Shown here in pieces: positions 39,600-49,603 of a stretch of DNA of 64,000 nt; within the stretch, counting starts at the first letter, position 1; each line of letters starts with the position of its first letter. The translations under genes and the position numbers were made by a program. The notes beneath the pieces were generated by a model. That model saw only the letters and a program-made list of their open reading frames with translations. It was not told where the DNA came from and searched no databases. Source of the stretch: a virus; IMG/VR virus record IMGVR_UViG_3300050034_000187, positions 7,866 to 71,865 of that record. One strand, given 5' to 3'.

Positions 39600-40174
39600 T
39601 GTTTGATATTGATTTAGATTTCGGAAACAGAGATGAAATATTAAAATTAATTGATCATACTCCTGCTAGATTGTTGGATGGAAGAAAACATCCGTCTGGA
39701 ATATATGTTACTCCTATTCCAACCGATCCATTTTCTGATATAGCAAGCCTTGATTATAAAACTTCCGAAAAATATGGATATTTTAAAATTGATTTTCTTA
39801 ACAATTCAGTATATAAAGATATTCATTCTAATCAAGAGATGGAGAGACTATTATCCATTCCTCCAAATTGGAATCGATTGAATATGGATAGAGGCTTTGT
39901 AGAGCAACTTCCGCATATTGGAAATTATTTTGATACTATTCATGCATTGCCAGAACAAATCACGTCTATTGAGGAATTGGCGATGTTTCTAGCCATCATA
40001 CGGCCCGCGAAGAGGCATTTATGCGGGTTGCCATGGAAATCTATTGCGGAGAGCGTGTGGGCCATCGACAGCGCTCATACGGGCTATCAATTCAAACACG
40101 CGCATGGAATAGCTTATTCAATTACCTGTACCCTAAAAATGGCATTAATAGACTGGCCAGTTTTGGATAAATAA
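39599..40174 (+). CDS. Miniature DNA polymerase III alpha (DnaE)-like protein, palm region only
   Basis: MFDIDLDF..RDEI, HPSGIY, GYFKIDFLN, LAIIRPA, YQFKHAHGIAY. Confidence 0.75.
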   Translation: MFDIDLDFGNRDEILKLIDHTPARLLDGRKHPSGIYVTPIPTDPFSDIASLDYKTSEKYGYFKIDFLNNSVYKDIHSNQEMERLLSIPPNWNRLNMDRGFVEQLPHIGNYFDTIHALPEQITSIEELAMFLAIIRPAKRHLCGLPWKSIAESVWAIDSAHTGYQFKHAHGIAYSITCTLKMALIDWPVLDK

Positions 40175-40181
40175 TATCATT

Positions 40182-40595
40182 ATGATAGCAGTTGGCACAT
40201 TATTTTTTGCAAAGGATACTAAACGAGTATTATTTTTAATGAGAAATAATACCAAAACTAGAAATACATGGGGGATGGTTTCTGGAAAAGTAGAATCGAC
40301 TGAAGGGATAATGGAAGGATTATTCCGAGAAATACACGAGGAATTGGGGAGAAATCCGGTAATTATAAAAATGATTCCACTTGATCTTTATACAAGCGAG
40401 GATAATGGATTTGAATTTTATTCTTATATCTTTGTAGTTGAGAAAGAATTTATACCTTTATTGAATAGCGAACATGCTGGATATTGCTGGGTGGAATTAG
40501 ATAAACATCCAAAACCTCTTCATCCCGGATTATGGAATTCTATTAATACCGATGCAGTTCGAGAAAAAATAAAATTTGTTGAAAACTTATATTAA
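40182..40595 (+). CDS. NUDIX hydrolase
   Basis: SGKVESTEGIMEGLFREIHEELG Nudix box. Confidence 0.9.
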   Translation: MIAVGTLFFAKDTKRVLFLMRNNTKTRNTWGMVSGKVESTEGIMEGLFREIHEELGRNPVIIKMIPLDLYTSEDNGFEFYSYIFVVEKEFIPLLNSEHAGYCWVELDKHPKPLHPGLWNSINTDAVREKIKFVENLY

Positions 40596-40624
40596 AAAGG
40601 CTAGGATTAAATCCTAGCCTTTTT
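40594..40624. terminator. Bidirectional terminator
   Basis: 15-bp arms, 1-nt spacer, between converging genes. Confidence 0.8.
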
Positions 40625-40628
40625 TGAA

Positions 40629-41507
40629 TTATAAAGTATCTAAGTATGCTGTTGGTTTACCACTCCAAGAAGATGGAATATTTCCGGAAGTTGGAACAAA
40701 CAGATAAGAGTTTCCGGTAAAAGTAGTTAGATGCTTTTTGTCTCTAATTGCTTTTACATATTCAATTGCAGCATTCCCAGAAACAACCGCAGTAGAAGGG
40801 AAAGTTGAGAATGAACCCGGAGCAGAAATAGTCAATTGTTGAACGGCAATCGTTCCAGAAGAAACAATGGGGGCTGATACTGTTGGAGCGGTAATAGCTC
40901 CAGAATAAGTAACATTTGCAGAAATATATCCAGTTCCAGCCGTTGCAATCCAAGATGATTCTAGACCAAATGTTGAAGAGAATATAGCGCCCGAACCATT
41001 TCCGGTGGTTGTGGTTGTAATCGCAGCAATGTTCGTTGGCAAGACGGTATACTGTTGTGTTCCGTTTGCGTTAACTGGGCTAGAAACCGTTAAAATAGCG
41101 CCATTAGCATTGACTGTTAGTACTTTAACGTTGGCAGCAGCGCCATAGGTTCCGCCAGCATAAATTGCATAATCATTTGCTGCATAATTTGCGCCAGCGG
41201 CGGTAACCGTGGCCGTGATTGCTTTTAAGGCTGCATTTGCTGTTGCAACCACGGTTGGAGTACTAGTCTGTGGTTGGCAAGTAACAACAATTTGCCCTGA
41301 TGCAAGAGGAGCAGGACCGTTTACTAAAACACCAACTCCTTGACCATTTGGCGTGTCAAATTTGAACTTCTTAGGATTCTTTTCACCAGTAAGTGCCCCG
41401 GCAGTGGCAGCACTATCATTAATTCCCCAGCAAGTTGCTTGAATCTGACAATTTGCAGTAACATCATTTGCAGTTCTAAAAAATTTATTTGGTAATGGAC
41501 GACCCAT
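40629..41507 (-). CDS. Probable virion structural protein (Ala/Thr-rich beta repeats)
   Basis: Start MGRPLPNKFF with SD GGAG; TAAATA upstream; G.NY/G.GY repeats. Confidence 0.55.
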   Translation of the reverse strand: MGRPLPNKFFRTANDVTANCQIQATCWGINDSAATAGALTGEKNPKKFKFDTPNGQGVGVLVNGPAPLASGQIVVTCQPQTSTPTVVATANAALKAITATVTAAGANYAANDYAIYAGGTYGAAANVKVLTVNANGAILTVSSPVNANGTQQYTVLPTNIAAITTTTTGNGSGAIFSSTFGLESSWIATAGTGYISANVTYSGAITAPTVSAPIVSSGTIAVQQLTISAPGSFSTFPSTAVVSGNAAIEYVKAIRDKKHLTTFTGNSYLFVPTSGNIPSSWSGKPTAYLDTL

Positions 41508-41575
41508 TAGATAATACTCCTGAGATTCTATCTCGTACAATCAATTTGATATTAATTGTAAACTAGAATTTCCTT

Positions 41576-42493
41576 CTAGCAAGAGTATTTAGTCACTTCA
41601 TACGTTTCCGCAGTATTATAACTCTTTTTGATTGGGATCAAAATGTTATTGATCTTGGACCGAGAAGATGTGCGAAAAGTATCATAAATGATATTGTCAA
41701 TGCAAGCAATTGCATGATTGCGAGTTGTCATAATGCAACGCTTTGGAAGCAGACCGGATTCCATCCACCATCCAAGAGTTTTCTTTCTACCAATGGTTGA
41801 AATAATTGATGCAGTCACAAAATATTCAAAGGGAAGATCGCGTGTTTTGGTGATCATTGAAATTCTGGTTGAATGCCCCATTTTTCTTCCCTGTTTTGTC
41901 AAGGCATTGTGCGCTAGTTTGTAGCTGCATCCTCCGGCAATTGCCAGCGCTCTTACTCCGCAATCATTGTCTTCATTTGGATAATCCACGCTTCTTCCTC
42001 CATCGCTATAAACATAACTGTAGTTATTTTTCGGCTTTGCGATGGAAGGTGTTTTAACGTTCTTCTTTCGAGTATTTTCTCGGCGAACATAGCGAGAAGT
42101 CTTTTTCTGAGAAATAAGCCAAAGTTCATTTTTCTCATACGTGCGGTATCCAGCTTTGAAATTGTACAATGTGAAAAAATTGTTTTTTGAACTAACAATT
42201 TCGGATCGAATGCTACCGAGGTACAAAATATCATTGATTCGAAGTGAATCCAGATCCTTGCTGGAAATATGCATGGTAGAAGTGCCGCGAGTTTTCGCAT
42301 TTTCAGCATGAACAAGCCGACTCAGATAAAGCTGCTCCGGAGTAAAATGACGATACATGCCATCATTGGTAATCAAAATATATTTCAGAGAATCTCCGAG
42401 AATTTCATTCACCAAATATCGAGTGCTGTTCATATAGATGATATCATTTACCTTGATGGACTCGACATTTGCTGAATTGATTACCTCTGCCAT
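41576..42493 (-). CDS. Hypothetical protein with C-terminal papain/C39-like Cys-His-Asp region
   Basis: NDCGVRALAIA...RNHAIACID..IYD; promoter TTGCAT-17-TATAAT (42549-42521). Confidence 0.45.
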   Translation of the reverse strand: MAEVINSANVESIKVNDIIYMNSTRYLVNEILGDSLKYILITNDGMYRHFTPEQLYLSRLVHAENAKTRGTSTMHISSKDLDSLRINDILYLGSIRSEIVSSKNNFFTLYNFKAGYRTYEKNELWLISQKKTSRYVRRENTRKKNVKTPSIAKPKNNYSYVYSDGGRSVDYPNEDNDCGVRALAIAGGCSYKLAHNALTKQGRKMGHSTRISMITKTRDLPFEYFVTASIISTIGRKKTLGWWMESGLLPKRCIMTTRNHAIACIDNIIYDTFRTSSRSKINNILIPIKKSYNTAETYEVTKYSC

Positions 42494-42551
42494 GTTGTAC
42501 TTTCTCCTCTCAACAAAACAATTATATCAATATTAAGAATATTATGCAAGA

Positions 42552-42579
42552 AAAATCCTCATAATATTATGAGGATTTT
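42552..42579. terminator. Terminator abutting the next promoter
   Basis: 28-bp perfect palindrome. Confidence 0.75.
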
Positions 42580-42584
42580 GAATA

Positions 42585-43034
42585 TTAATTTTTAATGGAA
42601 AATGATTTGAAAAAATTATCTAGATTCTTTTTGTGGTTTCGTAGGACGGTGTTCATTTCATTTTCATTCTGAAATGCCATATCATACATTTCATCAAATC
42701 GAGTTAAACTGATTCCCTCTTCCCTTGCATCATACTGAGTTCCCACCAATCTCGCTGCGGTATCATAAAATACAAGGTTAAATCGATTGATGGAAGTTCC
42801 GTATCCATATTGTGCCATAGCTGGATTGCTCCGAAGCACTTCAACGGTAGAAAAATACTTCTTTCCTTCAAATGTGAAATTAACTTTTGCAATGACCTCA
42901 ATAAATGCTCCGCTGTTCTTTTCAATTCGAATTAGCTTTGCCCGCTTCAAATAAGTATTAAATTTCTTGACAAAATTCAGATTCTTAAAATTTTCACGAA
43001 TATTTTTCTATTCATTTTGTAACTGTTGATACAT
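42585..43034 (-). pseudogene. Hypothetical gene interrupted by an in-frame TAG at codon 9
   Basis: SD AGGAGG plus ATG at 43034; MYQQLQNE*KNIREN... stays in frame into the ORF-track ORF 42585-42950. Confidence 0.55.
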
Positions 43035-43046
43035 GTTCCCTCCTGT

Positions 43047-43235
43047 TCACATCTTATTAAGAAATTTTTCCAGATCAGAAAACTGTTTTGCAGTAAGAGG
43101 ATTCATTCCATTGAAATATAAAGAAATCTCTCCTTTTACTGCTGCAATCAGCGAAGGAACATCATTAACGCTCGCTCTTTTGCTTAAACCTTTTGCCCAC
43201 GATGGCAACTTCGCTTTCGCTTGCGTAAAAGTCAT
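43047..43235 (-). CDS. Small hypothetical protein
   Basis: Promoter TTGACA-17-TATTAT (43285-43257) and SD GGAGA. Confidence 0.55.
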   Translation of the reverse strand: MTFTQAKAKLPSWAKGLSKRASVNDVPSLIAAVKGEISLYFNGMNPLTAKQFSDLEKFLNKM

Positions 43236-43301
43236 ATTCATTTCTCCAATGAATCAATAATATCAAAAATGGTAATAGATGTCAAGAAAATAAATACTAG
43301 T

Positions 43302-43493
43302 ATGCATATTAATGAAGTGACTGGTCATATTCCGAAAAATGAAAAAGAAGCAAATGATCCTCGATACAAAACTGGATTGACTCAAGATGTTGGTATTCGA
43401 GAACCGCAAAAACAAGCCAAAAAATTTGGTAATTCATTGGATGACAATGGCCTTCCGCCATTATTGAATACCAATGGAAATTTGGATAAATAA
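43302..43493 (+). CDS. Small late protein with MHINEV tag
   Basis: TAAATA-N5-ATG. Confidence 0.55.
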   Translation: MHINEVTGHIPKNEKEANDPRYKTGLTQDVGIREPQKQAKKFGNSLDDNGLPPLLNTNGNLDK

Positions 43494-43497
43494 TTAT

Positions 43498-44085
43498 ATG
43501 ACGATATCAGAATTATTAAACGAATCAATTCATGATCGATATGCTTTTCGAGCAATTTTTATTGTGGGTGCTCCCGGTTCTGGAAAGAATTATATTCAAA
43601 GTAAATTGAATTTGGAAGCTGCTGGATTTAAAACTTTGAATATAGATTACGTAAAATATTATTTACAGCAGCATGATTATGATGCTGCTGGAAAAGCGAC
43701 CAACGCACAGCTTAGAATGTATCTTTCGCAGAATCTTGGATTGATTTTTAATATGACTGGACGAGATGATACTAAAATTTTAAATACAAATACCATTCTT
43801 GAAAATAATCATTATGAAACCGCGATGGTTTTTGTAGATGCCGATATTGAGACTTCTTTGAAAAGAATTGAAAATAGAGAAATGCATTCTGATATTCCCG
43901 AAGATAGAAGGAAAGTTGATTTGGGTTATTTTAAATCAACGTTTGATGAAGTTCATAATAAAATAAACGTATATAAAACTATATTTGGGAATAATTTCTT
44001 TTATATTAACAATGGAGAGTTAACACAAGAAACTTTTCATAAATTGGAACAGCAAATTAATAGGTTCTTGAAACGTAGGAATTAA
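43498..44085 (+). CDS. P-loop kinase (zeta-toxin/AAA_33-like) with MTISELLNE tag
   Basis: AIFIVGAPGSGKN, NID, A.VFVD...SL.R..NR; TAAATA-N5-ATG. Confidence 0.7.
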   Translation: MTISELLNESIHDRYAFRAIFIVGAPGSGKNYIQSKLNLEAAGFKTLNIDYVKYYLQQHDYDAAGKATNAQLRMYLSQNLGLIFNMTGRDDTKILNTNTILENNHYETAMVFVDADIETSLKRIENREMHSDIPEDRRKVDLGYFKSTFDEVHNKINVYKTIFGNNFFYINNGELTQETFHKLEQQINRFLKRRN

Positions 44086-44088
44086 AAT

Positions 44089-44754
44089 ATGAAAATAGAT
44101 GAAGTAATATTAAAACCGGGAGAACGCAAAACATACAACTCTTTTAATAGAGCGTGGCCGATAGTAGTAAGAAACTGCTCAGATATTCTTTCGTTATATA
44201 AAAATAATTTCGCAAAAAATGGAGTTATTAATAATTGTACTGTTTTATTTCGGGGAATTATTCATCCTCCGTCGGATATTTTTAAAGGACGGTCTAGGAA
44301 TGATCGTAAAGTTGTTACTGGGAGTGATCAAAATGCAGCCAATTTGTGCGATCAATTATTAAGATATGCTGGTTTCTCAGCAGTTCGAGGAAATAGTTTA
44401 TTTTGCTCATCATCCTATGAGCATACGGTGGTATGGGGGAAGTCATATGTAGTATTTCCAGTTAATGGATTCACTTATGGCTGGTCTAAAACGCATAGTA
44501 ATACGGCAGCAGATGGCTATGATTTTTCTCCGCTATCTTATGCGGAAAAATATAATACTACCATACAAGAGTTGGACGCTATGCCAAATAAGATGGAAAT
44601 TGCTAAGCAATTTGTTGAGAATAATTCTTTGTTAAACAATATAGGAATCGAAGATGCTATTGATAAGAGACGCGACCTTTGGGTTCATGGTCAGATGATA
44701 GCTTTTGATTATGGGCTATACAAAGAAGAAATTATGAAGAGATTGAAAGGATAA
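44089..44754 (+). CDS. MKIDEV-tag protein, possibly ADP-ribosyltransferase-like
   Basis: LFRGI...RGNSLFCSS...YVVFP.NGF.Y.WS. Confidence 0.45.
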   Translation: MKIDEVILKPGERKTYNSFNRAWPIVVRNCSDILSLYKNNFAKNGVINNCTVLFRGIIHPPSDIFKGRSRNDRKVVTGSDQNAANLCDQLLRYAGFSAVRGNSLFCSSSYEHTVVWGKSYVVFPVNGFTYGWSKTHSNTAADGYDFSPLSYAEKYNTTIQELDAMPNKMEIAKQFVENNSLLNNIGIEDAIDKRRDLWVHGQMIAFDYGLYKEEIMKRLKG

Positions 44755-44844
44755 GTTATTAACTGGCATCTTTTTTCTAATCATGATAAATACTCTCAGG
44801 TGATCGAAAGATAACCAAAATTTAAAAACGGAGAAATAAATCCA

Positions 44845-45267
44845 ATGGCTCAATTTTACAAGAATCTAAACAGTCCAACAAATTACGCAAATGCCGCATC
44901 ATTTTGGGGCAAGCAACCTGATTATTTTGAAATCAACTTTGGCAACGCCTCAACTGGCCCTGCTGCAAATCTAACTTCTACATGGAACGTTTCGGAGAAT
45001 GGTGCCTATGGCATTGTTATTCAAACAATCGAACAGACCGCCACAATTGAAACTCTTGGAACCCTTTCAAATTCAGCAATTAGTTTTGTAAATGGTACAA
45101 CTGGTAATATTCTAGCTCGTGTTGCAACAACTGGCGTAAATGCTGCTTCTAGCTTACAAACAGAAATTCAAGCATTAGGTAATGTTGCTACCGGAAACGG
45201 ATCAACTATAGCTCCTTTCTCAAATGTCAGTTTTTCAAATGTAACTGTTACTCCTTTCGTATTCTAA
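44845..45267 (+). CDS. Probable virion protein
   Basis: TAAATA and SD upstream; Asn/Thr/Ala-rich. Confidence 0.5.
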   Translation: MAQFYKNLNSPTNYANAASFWGKQPDYFEINFGNASTGPAANLTSTWNVSENGAYGIVIQTIEQTATIETLGTLSNSAISFVNGTTGNILARVATTGVNAASSLQTEIQALGNVATGNGSTIAPFSNVSFSNVTVTPFVF

Positions 45268-45280
45268 TCTCTCCTTGCAA

Positions 45281-45320
45281 TACAAAAAATACCCCAGATT
45301 AATCTGGGGTATTTTTTGTA
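45281..45320. terminator. Bidirectional terminator at the convergence point
   Basis: 40-bp perfect palindrome, no spacer. Confidence 0.85.
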
Positions 45321-45601
45321 GTAAAAATAGTTACTCTTAGAATTCCAGCAATACAAATAGCAAGAATAATTCCAATCAGGCTAGTAAGAGGATAAATCCA
45401 TCCCCATAACATCCAAGATTCTCCCGTTCCATAAACAAGGCCAGCGAACATAATGTATAAAATCCATTTTGAAATACCTTTATCAAATGGATTATCCTTT
45501 GTATCTTTGGTAGAAAAATCAAAAACTGCAAAATGATCCGAGATGCTACTCATGATAATTGTAAAAATGAATACAATAACATTATATTGCAGTAGAGTCA
45601 T
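45299..45601 (-). CDS. Membrane protein
   Basis: Three hydrophobic segments. Confidence 0.5.
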   Translation of the reverse strand: MTLLQYNVIVFIFTIIMSSISDHFAVFDFSTKDTKDNPFDKGISKWILYIMFAGLVYGTGESWMLWGWIYPLTSLIGIILAICIAGILRVTIFTTKNTPD

Positions 45602-45616
45602 ATATCCTTCTTTCTG

Positions 45617-45850
45617 TTATACGTCAGACAAACTAGCAAAAATCTGCTCATCCTTGATTGGAAAATCGCGCTGAATCTTTCCGCAATCGAGACATACAGA
45701 AAACTCTACATCATCCCCACCACCAATATTAAGATCATATGGAATATATCCATCATGCTCAATATCAAGATGAGGAATAGAAACAAAGCCAAGATCGCTG
45801 CAATGCCCATTTACGTTCATAATTCGAGTTGATCCGCATTTACATGTCAT
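45617..45850 (-). CDS. Small Cys-containing hypothetical protein
   Basis: C.CGS...C...CLDCG. Confidence 0.5.
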   Translation of the reverse strand: MTCKCGSTRIMNVNGHCSDLGFVSIPHLDIEHDGYIPYDLNIGGGDDVEFSVCLDCGKIQRDFPIKDEQIFASLSDV

Positions 45851-45851
45851 A

Positions 45852-46244
45852 TTAATTTCCTTTCAGGTAAAGACTGTTATGATCAAAAGAAAAATGATCA
45901 TTGTTAATTATTTGCCATTCGTCATGAGATTCATCTGGAATGAACATATATAATTTCTTTCCAAACATCTCACCATACTCTACGTAAATTTCAAATCCTG
46001 TTATAATTTCCCATGTTTGAATTGGCAGTAATACAATATGATTATTATGCTTCCAAACATAGAAAATTTTGTTGTAGTACGTTGGTCCAATATTTTTGTT
46101 TACGAAAATAATCTTCGATCCTTCTCTTAACTTTTCTCCATCTATTTTACCAGAGAATTTCAAAGAAGTAATATCTTCGGTGGAAGAATTATCCATATAT
46201 TGAACTACAACTGCGCTCGGAATTCTAACCTTATTATTTTTCAC
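45852..46244 (-). CDS. Hypothetical protein
   Basis: GTG start, 130 aa. Confidence 0.4.
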   Translation of the reverse strand: MKNNKVRIPSAVVVQYMDNSSTEDITSLKFSGKIDGEKLREGSKIIFVNKNIGPTYYNKIFYVWKHNNHIVLLPIQTWEIITGFEIYVEYGEMFGKKLYMFIPDESHDEWQIINNDHFSFDHNSLYLKGN

Positions 46245-46312
46245 TACATGGTGCGCGTATGAATAAGAATTGATTCCTCCAAATAATAAAATGCCTATTA
46301 ATAAATGTTTAA

Positions 46313-46636
46313 TTATGATTTTTCACCATGATCCTTATTATATTGTTTTACCGTTTCCAGAAATTCTCTTTTCTCTTGCTCCTTATAAGCAGCTTTTAAT
46401 AATAGATACGCTCGTAGGATGTTTGCTCGGGATGGACGCCTAGATGCTCCATACTTCATAAAACACGCATGTGGATAATTGGCAATCCTTAATTTGTCGG
46501 GTCCAAGCATTGCGAAATATTCATCAATGCATTGAAATGAAAATTCAGACAACAGATTGTCCAGATGAATATTCCAAAATTCATCATAATCGTTATTCAT
46601 GACCCAAAACTTAGATTGATGGTAGATAACACCCAT
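46313..46636 (-). CDS. Hypothetical protein
   Basis: ORF track; start uncertain. Confidence 0.4.
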   Translation of the reverse strand: MGVIYHQSKFWVMNNDYDEFWNIHLDNLLSEFSFQCIDEYFAMLGPDKLRIANYPHACFMKYGASRRPSRANILRAYLLLKAAYKEQEKREFLETVKQYNKDHGEKS

Positions 46637-46678
46637 AGAAGAAATTTGTCGAATTTTGATGGATTTTTTAAATTCATA

Positions 46679-46846
46679 TTATTTTTCTCTTTCTCGGAGC
46701 ATTGCATCAGCAATTGTATAATATAGTTTTGCTCGTCCCATGCAATCTTCAATTGTTGCATGGGTGTCTATAAAATAATGTGCGAGGTCACCAGATAATG
46801 AAGCCATTGCAAATTTGTCTCTTAATGAAATTTCATTGTCATTCAT
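46679..46846 (-). CDS. Small phage protein (SLRDKFAM...ADAML type)
   Basis: Not in the ORF track; 55 aa MNDNEISLRDKFAMASL...YTIADAMLREREK. Confidence 0.6.
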   Translation of the reverse strand: MNDNEISLRDKFAMASLSGDLAHYFIDTHATIEDCMGRAKLYYTIADAMLREREK

Positions 46847-46849
46847 TGA

Positions 46850-47140
46850 TTATCCCCTTCCCTGCAATTTCTTTGCTTCTTCGGCATCTGCCCATCGTTG
46901 GGCACGTTCGGACGCTTCTTGGGCCTTCCTAGCTCGAATAATGGCCTGTTCTGCAACTACGTCTGGATTATTCTGAATAGAATGCCACTCATCAGACTTG
47001 GTATAAGCTCCGGTTGCTACCCATTCATAGGCATCCTTTTGCCGAATCCATGCCGCCTTATCCTTTTCATTTTGTGTAACAGTTAATACTTCATTTGCAT
47101 AATCATACCGCTTTATTGCTTCTTCCAATCGCGAAATCAT
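46850..47140 (-). CDS. Hypothetical helical protein
   Basis: SD AGGAGG. Confidence 0.55.
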   Translation of the reverse strand: MISRLEEAIKRYDYANEVLTVTQNEKDKAAWIRQKDAYEWVATGAYTKSDEWHSIQNNPDVVAEQAIIRARKAQEASERAQRWADAEEAKKLQGRG

Positions 47141-47149
47141 TAATTCCTC

Positions 47150-47443
47150 CTAGAGATCACCAAACTTCACAGTAATTCCTCTTGACAATATCTCATGTAC
47201 CTTGCTATTCACTCGATCTTGAACTGACTGCATGGCTTTATCAAAAACCTTTGACGTATAAGTTTTTGTAACGCTATCTGACAATTCTTTTGCAGCAAGC
47301 GACACTGCTTTATTGCGAATCTCGGCAATTACTTGCGGGAGATTAATCTCCCGCTTCATACTACCAACAAGATCATCTAGAACAATCTTCTCTGCCTTCT
47401 TTTTAAGAGAAGCGATCACTTCATCATCCAATTCAATATTCAT
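47150..47443 (-). CDS. Hypothetical protein
   Basis: SD GGAG; operonic. Confidence 0.55.
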   Translation of the reverse strand: MNIELDDEVIASLKKKAEKIVLDDLVGSMKREINLPQVIAEIRNKAVSLAAKELSDSVTKTYTSKVFDKAMQSVQDRVNSKVHEILSRGITVKFGDL

Positions 47444-47695
47444 TTATACTCCCTCCTTAATATAATCCTTTGCAGCACTATGTGCCCACTTTGATTTATC
47501 AAAATCGTCTCCACAGAATGCAGTTATTTCATTCTCTTTTCCGTAGGATACATGCCAATAAGGAGTCCAAACTGATTCAATTCCTCCCCATGACTGGACT
47601 TCGCTATTTCCTTTTGTATGAAGCCTAGTAACCTTTGCCCATCGTCCATTTCCTCGATAATACTTATCTGGCACGATTTTGAATTGATTTTTCAT
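47444..47695 (-). CDS. Hypothetical protein
   Basis: Promoter TTGACT-17-TAATAT (47742-47714), SD GGAGA. Confidence 0.55.
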   Translation of the reverse strand: MKNQFKIVPDKYYRGNGRWAKVTRLHTKGNSEVQSWGGIESVWTPYWHVSYGKENEITAFCGDDFDKSKWAHSAAKDYIKEGV

Positions 47696-47745
47696 ATATT
47701 CTCCAATGAAGTAATATTATCAAAAATTCAAAGGTAAGTCAAGTA

Positions 47746-48039
47746 TTATTTTTCTGCAAGATCAATGGCGTCTTGTAAAAAATCAGCATAATATATTCCC
47801 CTCTTTTCCAAAGAATCTCGAATTTCCTTTAAAGCATGTAAAAGAACGGGAGCAGCGGCAATAAGTTTTGCATCTCCTGCGGTAATTTCCATACGAAGCT
47901 CTTCACCGGCTTCTGGATAGCCTTCATAGGCATCTTGAAGAGAAATTACATCATTGCCTTCGCTATCATCCAATCGAAGCATGGTTGGATAATTCTCGCT
48001 GCTTCTTTTTTCATCCCGAGCCCAAATCCACGGCTTCAT
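47746..48039 (-). CDS. Hypothetical protein
   Basis: A.LIAAAP.LL.AL motif common in phage early proteins. Confidence 0.55.
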   Translation of the reverse strand: MKPWIWARDEKRSSENYPTMLRLDDSEGNDVISLQDAYEGYPEAGEELRMEITAGDAKLIAAAPVLLHALKEIRDSLEKRGIYYADFLQDAIDLAEK

Positions 48040-48233
48040 TAGATCGCGCTCCTTTGAGCAACTTCTGGAATAACGTGAAAATATTCTTCAACCCACTTCG
48101 CTCCTGTCTTTGGTTTAAGCTGAATATTCAGTACTGCATTACCATTATTGAAAGTATTGGGAAGATCGGTATAAAGTGCAACATAATCCACACTGCTTGC
48201 ATCTTCGATTACCACAGCCTTGATGACATTCAT
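48039..48233 (-). CDS. Small hypothetical protein
   Basis: Promoter TTGACT-17-TATTAT (48284-48256), SD GGAGG. Confidence 0.5.
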   Translation of the reverse strand: MNVIKAVVIEDASSVDYVALYTDLPNTFNNGNAVLNIQLKPKTGAKWVEEYFHVIPEVAQRSAI

Positions 48234-48407
48234 AATTCCTCCTTGGTACAATTAAATAATATCAAATATTGGAGAAGAAGTCAAGCTCTGTTTTCCAATT
48301 CTATTCTTCTCCAACTTGGCAATTCATACCAGAAAAATTGCCACTGCAAATGTAGCTATCCCGATTAGATTAATACCAATTGTCCTTGCGTTTGCAACAG
48401 TCATATA

Positions 48408-49361
48408 TCACCTCACCTGAAAAAGCAGGTTAGGATTGAATGCAGAAAGATCCGTCCCGCCAGCATAAGAAATACTTGATTGTAAGTCTTCTTTTAATTC
48501 TACGAGAAGATCGTCCATGTTTCCTTTATAGTCAACAAGAATTTTCTTTCCTTCAACATTGTGCTTACTATTCTTATTAAATTCTGAGGCAGAACCAAAA
48601 TATTCTTTATACTTTCGCCCTTCTATTTCAATAACCGACCCGGCACTCTGATCAAAACCAGAAAATAAATTCCCTGCCATGACCATATGAGCGCCACAAC
48701 TTAATGCTTTTGCAATGTCACCATGATCCAGAATTCCTCCATCTGCAATAATAGGAACTTTGGCAACCTCTGAGCAATCAAGAATAGTAGATGCCATAGG
48801 CCGAGTAAATCCGGTTTTATTTCGCGTGATACAAACTTTTCCATTTGAAATACCACACTTTAAAGATTGTGCTCCCCATTCTTGTAATTCTTCAACTGCC
48901 TCGGGAGTCGCAATATTCCCTACAATAAGAAATGATTCTGGAAAAGTATCTCGAAAGAATTTAATAACATATTCCATTCGATTGCACCAACTATTAGCTA
49001 CATCAATTGTAATAAAGTCTGGGATAGCATTATATTCTTTTACAATTTTAAACCTTTTAGTTACTTCCTTATCAATCCCCACACTGATAGAAGAATATAA
49101 CCCAGCATTATGCATTCTATTGGTGAATCCAATAGGATCATGAATGCCAAATCGATGCATAGTATAGAACCAATTATGCTGCGCGAAATATTTACAGGTT
49201 TCTTCATCTACCACAGAAGCCATATTAGATGGATAAATTGGCATATCAAATTTATATTTTCCTAATGTTACAGAGGTATTGCATTCTTTGCGCGATTCTA
49301 CAATAGTCTTCATTGGACGAAGAAATACGTCCTTGTAATTTAGTTCAATTGGAATATTCAA
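48408..49361 (-). CDS. guaC: GMP reductase
   Basis: YKDVFL.P, PSNM, FYTMHRF, IDVA, KCGI..GKVCITR (catalytic Cys), IADGGI..HGDIAKAL, DLQSSISYAG. Confidence 0.9.
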   Translation of the reverse strand: MNIPIELNYKDVFLRPMKTIVESRKECNTSVTLGKYKFDMPIYPSNMASVVDEETCKYFAQHNWFYTMHRFGIHDPIGFTNRMHNAGLYSSISVGIDKEVTKRFKIVKEYNAIPDFITIDVANSWCNRMEYVIKFFRDTFPESFLIVGNIATPEAVEELQEWGAQSLKCGISNGKVCITRNKTGFTRPMASTILDCSEVAKVPIIADGGILDHGDIAKALSCGAHMVMAGNLFSGFDQSAGSVIEIEGRKYKEYFGSASEFNKNSKHNVEGKKILVDYKGNMDDLLVELKEDLQSSISYAGGTDLSAFNPNLLFQVR

Positions 49362-49365
49362 TATA

Positions 49366-49602
49366 TTAAATCCTCTCTAGTTTGTATGAACCGGGAACGA
49401 TTTTTTGTCCTCTGCGTGGATAAATCCAAGTTAAACTATCAACCCCTTCAACTGGAAATATTTCATTCAACTCTACTTCGCAATAACAACAGTTCTTAGT
49501 TAAGCATCCTTTATCTGCCAGTTCCGCAGAATTAGTAATTCCGCCCAATTGAAATGGAACTTCTTCATCTTCCACATATTGCATTATAAGATATACTTTC
49601 AT
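49366..49602 (-). CDS. Hypothetical protein
   Basis: SD GGAG before MKVYL. Confidence 0.5.
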   Translation of the reverse strand: MKVYLIMQYVEDEEVPFQLGGITNSAELADKGCLTKNCCYCEVELNEIFPVEGVDSLTWIYPRRGQKIVPGSYKLERI

Positions 49603-49603
49603 A

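Noticed and set aside
44791-44816. Glycine-riboswitch-like CTCTCAGG plus GAAA hairpin
   Set aside because: Only ~25 nt; the rest of the aptamer is absent. At most a small 5' UTR stem.
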